Below are positions 59,948 through 64,000 of a stretch of DNA of 64,000 nt, piece by piece; position 1 is the stretch's first letter, and every line of letters starts with the position of its first letter. The stretch is taken from positions 25,394 to 89,393 of the forward strand of contig NZ_JMCB01000003.1 in NCBI RefSeq assembly GCF_000737315.1, given 5' to 3'. Below the pieces are notes generated by a model. It ran no database searches, was not told the DNA's origin, and was given only the letters and a program-made list of their open reading frames with translations. The translations under genes were made by a program, and so were the position numbers. The stretch is from Hyalangium minutum (GTDB lineage: Bacteria; Myxococcota; Myxococcia; Myxococcales; Myxococcaceae).

Positions 59948-61378
59948 ATGAAGATCGCCCGCACGCTTGCCGCCGCCGCGCTCGCCTTCACGACCGCGTG
60001 CGCCACGGCTCCTCAGGTCAAGCCCACGCCCGTCACCGAGACGGCGCCCCAGGCTCCTCATGCACAGGTGGCGGGTCAGCCCAGCAAGCCGGTCCCGGCG
60101 CCCACGCCGCCCTCGGCGGATGCCGGCCCGCACGAGCTGTTCATGTCGGCGCTCGCGTCCTTCGACGCCGGAGACTACGAGGCCGCGCGCAAGGGCTTCG
60201 AGCAGGTGGTGGCCAAGGCGCCGCAGAGCCTCAACGCGCAGTTCAACGTGGGGCTCATCGCCGAGCGTCAGGCGAAGCCCGCCGAGGCCCAGGCCGCCTA
60301 CGAGAAGGTCCTCTCGGTGGACCCGAACCACCAGCCCTCGCTGCTGAACCTCGGCCGGCTGTACCGGCTGCAGGACCGGTTCGAGGACGCCATCGGCCTC
60401 TACGAGAAGGCGCTCAAGACGCCCGGCCACGAGCATGATGTGGCGCTGCTCAACAACCTCACCGTGGCGTACCGGCTCGCGGGCAAGTTCGAGCTCGCCG
60501 AGGCCACTGCCCGCCGCGTCCTGGCCCGCAGCAAGGACAACCCCGACGCGTACAAGAACCTGGCGCTCATCTACTACGACCAGGGGCAGTACCGGCTCGC
60601 CGAAGTGGTGAGCGCCAACGCGCGCAAGCTCGCGGAGAACGATCCGGGCGTCTACAACAACCTGGGGATGATCTACTTGAAGCAGAACGATCGGTCCCGC
60701 GCGCTGGCCCAGTTCCAGAAGGCCGTGTCGCTCGATCCGAAGTTCGCTCCGGGCTACCTCAACATCGGCGCCATGTCGCTGGCCTACCGCGACTACACGG
60801 GCGCCGAGCGCGCCTTCTCCAAGGCGGTGGAGCTCGATCCCGCCTCCTACGAGGGCCACCTTTATTACGCCTACGCGCTCGACGGGCAGAAGGGCCGCGA
60901 TCCGAAGAAGGGGCTCACCGCGGGCGAGGCCTTCGAGAAGGTCCTCACCCTCCGCCCCGATCAGCCGGATGCCATCTGCGGGGCGGGCTGGGCCTACGCG
61001 GCGGAGCGGGCTGGCTGGGACAAGGCGCTGGGCTTCTTCGAGCGCTGCAAGTCTCTCGCGAGCACCTCGCCGCAGGATCAGCAGATGATCGCCGCCAAGG
61101 TGCAGGGCATCCAGGCCATGAAGAAGAGCGGCCAGCCGGACCCCGCCGCCGAGCACAAGAAGGAGGCCACCACGGCTCCGGGCGCCAACGGTTCGCTGCT
61201 CGACAAGGTGTCCGAGGAGGCGGCGCGTCAGGAGGGCCCGCTGCCCGAGGAGACGGCTCCGGCGGGGGATGCGGCCTCGGGTGAGACCGCGCCTTCCTCG
61301 GAGGCTCCCGCCGCTGCGGACTCCGCGGCTCCGGCGGCTCCGGAAGGCAGCTCGCCTGCTCCCTCTCCGGTGCCGTGA
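59948..61378 (+). CDS. TPR-repeat lipoprotein, NfsE/GltE-like
   Basis: Lipobox 'AFTTAC'. TPR repeats. Confidence 0.65.
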   Translation: MKIARTLAAAALAFTTACATAPQVKPTPVTETAPQAPHAQVAGQPSKPVPAPTPPSADAGPHELFMSALASFDAGDYEAARKGFEQVVAKAPQSLNAQFNVGLIAERQAKPAEAQAAYEKVLSVDPNHQPSLLNLGRLYRLQDRFEDAIGLYEKALKTPGHEHDVALLNNLTVAYRLAGKFELAEATARRVLARSKDNPDAYKNLALIYYDQGQYRLAEVVSANARKLAENDPGVYNNLGMIYLKQNDRSRALAQFQKAVSLDPKFAPGYLNIGAMSLAYRDYTGAERAFSKAVELDPASYEGHLYYAYALDGQKGRDPKKGLTAGEAFEKVLTLRPDQPDAICGAGWAYAAERAGWDKALGFFERCKSLASTSPQDQQMIAAKVQGIQAMKKSGQPDPAAEHKKEATTAPGANGSLLDKVSEEAARQEGPLPEETAPAGDAASGETAPSSEAPAAADSAAPAAPEGSSPAPSPVP

Positions 61379-61559
61379 CAGGACAAACTACCGGAACGGA
61401 TGGGTACTTTTTTCCACTCCTCGGGCGGGCAGGGTGGCGGGCTCCGGGCAAGTTCCCTACGATCCGAGGCGTTGGGCTTGGACCAACTCCTGCAAGAACC
61501 CACCAGGAACCTCTTCGTGGGTCCGCTGTCTCAACCGATGAAGTGAATGGAGGCTGCAG

Positions 61560-61835
61560 ATGAAGCGACTGGCATCGGCGGTGGTGGCGGCGGCGTTGTG
61601 GGCGGGCCCGGTGGCGGCCCAGGAGAAGGAGGAAGTGAAGATCATCCAGGAGGAAGACAAGACGGTCTACCGGAAGAAGACCGTGATCGACTTCACGGAT
61701 GTGACGGTGGAGGGCGAGCTCACCAAGCCGGAGGGCTCCTACGTCCTCAACCGGAAGAAGACGGACTTTCAGAGCCTCATCAAGGTCCGCGACAACTTCA
61801 ACCCCGAGCTGCAGAAGTCGGTGGACAACCTCTAG
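61560..61835 (+). CDS. Small secreted protein, NfsF/GltF-like
   Basis: 91 aa with signal peptide 'MKRLASAVVAAALWAGPVAAQ'. Confidence 0.55.
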   Translation: MKRLASAVVAAALWAGPVAAQEKEEVKIIQEEDKTVYRKKTVIDFTDVTVEGELTKPEGSYVLNRKKTDFQSLIKVRDNFNPELQKSVDNL

Positions 61836-61892
61836 CGCCTGAAAGGGGCGCTTCGTTTTCTTGGGTGCGGAAGGGCGGAAGGAACGATCCTC

Positions 61893-63854
61893 ATGGCGGC
61901 GGGAAAGAATAACGGACTGAGGTTGCGCATCACGGGGCCTGACGGGGCCACGATGGAGACCATCGCGGACGCCGAGAGCGTCATCGTGGGCTCCGGTGCG
62001 CAGGCGGCGGTGAAGATTCAGGACCCCAGTGTCTCCAACCTCCACGTGATGTTGAAGGTGGACAAGGAGGGTGGAGTCACAGCGATCGATCTCGGCAGTG
62101 AGTCCGGGACCCAGGTCGGCGGGCAGCGGCTGATGGTGCCCAAGATGCTGGAGCCTGGAGATGTGCTCACAGTGGGGGCGTGCCGGGTGGAGGTGGTGTT
62201 CGGCGAGGTGGAGCCTCCGGCGCCCAAGGTGCCCGCGGGCGCGCAGGTGAGCGGGACGGGCTTCCAAGGCTCGGTGACACAGAAGGCCGCGGTGGCGCCT
62301 CCTGTGAACCCGGCCAAGGCTGCGGCACCCGAGGTGGTGGTGCCGACCTCGAGCCGCACGCTGACGCCTCCGGGCCTCAAGGCGAAGGTGCCGACGCCGG
62401 TGCCGTTGCCCAAGGCTCCGGTTCCGGTGGCGGCGAAGAAGCCCGAGACGCCGGTCCACTTGCAGGAGCCACTGCCTCCGAGCGCCATGCCGACGTCCGA
62501 GGCGAAGGTGCTCCAGGTGGCGATGCTCTGGGGCGACCAGATCCTCGAGGTACAGCACTTCCGTGAGGGGGTGCCGGTCACCATCGGCGAGGGCAAGAAG
62601 AACTTCTTCCACGTCTTCGTGCCCGAGGTGGGCGCTCGCCACGTGCTGGCGGTGAGCCAGGGCGACAAGGTGGAGCTGCGCGTGCCCGCGGGCGGCGGAG
62701 TCTTCGTGACCTCGCAGGGGGATGTGCGGACGAAGGACGCGCTGCGCGCCTCCGGCCAGCTGGCGTCCTCGGTGGCGGCCAAGGGCCAGGTGTTCACGCT
62801 GGGGCTGCACGACCGGGCGGAGGTGGCGCTCGGGACGATCGCCTTCGTGGTGCGCTACGTGAAGCCCTCGCCGGCCATCCAGGCGAGGGCAGTGGACGAG
62901 GCGGACTTCACCTACTTCAAGATCACCTGCATCACGATCCTCGCGGCGGCGGCGGTGGTGGCGGCGATGCTGCTGACGCCTCGGCAGCAGACGGCCTCGG
63001 CGGACGACATCCTCCAGGATCAGCAGCGGGTGGCGAAGTTCCTGATCAAGCCCGAGAAGAAGATCGAGATCAAAAAGCTGAAGCTCGCCGGAGTCGAGGA
63101 GGGCGCCAAGGCCAAGGACGAGGAGGGCAAGTTCGGCAAGGAGGAGGCGAAGAAGCAGGAGGCTGATCCCTCCAAGCCGGGCACTCCGGTGGTGGACAAG
63201 ACCAAGCGCGAGAAGGACCGGCAGGTGGTGGGCAGCGTGGGCCTGCTGGGCGCCTTCAAGGGCCTCAAGGGCGGCGCCTCGGACGTGTTCGGTCCGGGCG
63301 GTCTGGGCACCGGCATCAACAACTCGCTCGGCGGCCTGAAGTCGGGCGCGGGGCTGGGGGATGCGCAGGGCGTGGGCGGGCTCGGCACACGCGGTAACGG
63401 CACGGGCGGTGGCGGCACGGCGCTGGGCATCGGCGGCCTGGGCACCAAGGGTGACGGCCGCGGCACCGGTGGCCACGGCGGCATCGATCTGGGCGGCAAG
63501 GGCAAGGCGACCACGCGCATCGTCCCGGGTAAGACGACGGTGGTGGGCGGCCTGGACAAGGACGTGATCGCCAAGATCATCCGGCAGCACCAGAACGAGA
63601 TCAAATACTGCTACGAGTCCGAGCTGAACAAGAACCCGAGCCTGGCGGGCAAGGTCGCGGTGGCCTTCACCATCGACCCGACGGGCGCGGTGGCTGATGC
63701 CAACGTGACGGAGACGACGCTCAACAGCTCCACGGCGGAGAACTGCATGTTGGCGCGCATCCGCCGCTGGAAGTTCCCCGAGCCCAAGGGCGGCGGCGTG
63801 GTGGCCGTCACCTACCCGTGGCTCTTCTCGCCCGCGGGTTCCGAGGGCGAGTAA
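61893..63854 (+). CDS. FHA-domain inner-membrane protein with a Gly-rich region and a C-terminal AgmX/PglI TonB-C-like domain (NfsG/GltG-like)
   Basis: N-terminal FHA-like domain, TM 'ITCITILAAAAVVAAMLL', 'GGLGTxGxG' repeats, and a C-terminal TonB-C-like domain. Confidence 0.65.
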   Translation: MAAGKNNGLRLRITGPDGATMETIADAESVIVGSGAQAAVKIQDPSVSNLHVMLKVDKEGGVTAIDLGSESGTQVGGQRLMVPKMLEPGDVLTVGACRVEVVFGEVEPPAPKVPAGAQVSGTGFQGSVTQKAAVAPPVNPAKAAAPEVVVPTSSRTLTPPGLKAKVPTPVPLPKAPVPVAAKKPETPVHLQEPLPPSAMPTSEAKVLQVAMLWGDQILEVQHFREGVPVTIGEGKKNFFHVFVPEVGARHVLAVSQGDKVELRVPAGGGVFVTSQGDVRTKDALRASGQLASSVAAKGQVFTLGLHDRAEVALGTIAFVVRYVKPSPAIQARAVDEADFTYFKITCITILAAAAVVAAMLLTPRQQTASADDILQDQQRVAKFLIKPEKKIEIKKLKLAGVEEGAKAKDEEGKFGKEEAKKQEADPSKPGTPVVDKTKREKDRQVVGSVGLLGAFKGLKGGASDVFGPGGLGTGINNSLGGLKSGAGLGDAQGVGGLGTRGNGTGGGGTALGIGGLGTKGDGRGTGGHGGIDLGGKGKATTRIVPGKTTVVGGLDKDVIAKIIRQHQNEIKYCYESELNKNPSLAGKVAVAFTIDPTGAVADANVTETTLNSSTAENCMLARIRRWKFPEPKGGGVVAVTYPWLFSPAGSEGE

Positions 63855-64000
63855 GGCAGAGCCTCTCGGTTCGGAGCTGAAGTGACAGAGCCCCCGGTGC
63901 ACCTTTGGGTGCCCGGGGGTTCGTGTCTGCGGGGGCGTGCGCCGTGGGATGGACGACGTTCGCCCTGAAGAGTTTTCACGCCGGACGTTGCCGCTCGGCG

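Noticed and set aside
56298-63902. 1004-aa and 985-aa minus-strand ORFs opposite the nfsD/gltD-like and nfsG/gltG-like genes
   Set aside because: They are antisense to genes with signal peptides, TPR repeats and FHA/TonB-C domains. Their own products are low complexity.

Overview
This is a high-GC (~70%) window of myxobacterial type (Myxococcales-like), called from the six-frame track and from motifs read directly in the sequence. It holds about 55 plausible protein genes, and I found no rRNA, tRNA or CRISPR array. High GC produces many long antisense or off-frame ORFs rich in R/A/G/P; I rejected those. The gene content, in order along the window, is:

- the partial 3' end of a histidine kinase
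- a GDT1/UPF0016 membrane protein
- a free Met-R-sulfoxide reductase (GAF fold)
- an ATP-grasp ligase next to an HExxH metallopeptidase
- two myxobacterial-type Ser/Thr kinases flanking a lipoprotein with a C-terminal PD-(D/E)xK-like motif and a candidate immunity gene
- an ABC-F ATPase
- an MgtC-family protein
- a multi-TM GAF sensor kinase followed by three tandem CheB-like methylesterase response regulators, with no other chemotaxis genes nearby
- a large Slt-type lytic transglycosylase
- selA overlapping an HNH endonuclease gene
- a lipoprotein built of myxococcal Cys-rich repeats
- a MinD/ParA-like ATPase translationally coupled to a J-domain protein with a C-terminal RodZ-like HTH
- an RluD-like pseudouridine synthase
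- a small sensor kinase
- a clear bacterial homolog of the eukaryotic major vault protein (MVP)
- a sigma54-promoter-driven RpoH-family sigma factor, upstream of a HEAT-repeat / HD-domain (degenerate GYP) / two trypsin-like lipoprotein protease operon
- a MoxR-DUF58-transglutaminase (TgpA-like) operon
- a STAS-domain protein and a second lytic transglycosylase
- a 47-aa lmo0937-like membrane protein coupled to a zinc-ribbon protein
- a HupE/UreJ transporter
- an orphan ribosomal protein L3 gene with an intrinsic terminator, part of which recurs 1.4 kb downstream
- a complete Nfs/Glt-type envelope-complex cluster (A-B-C-D-E-F-G order)

The observations most worth follow-up are the bacterial MVP homolog, the sensor-kinase / triple-CheB module, and the lipoprotein nuclease-toxin / immunity candidate.
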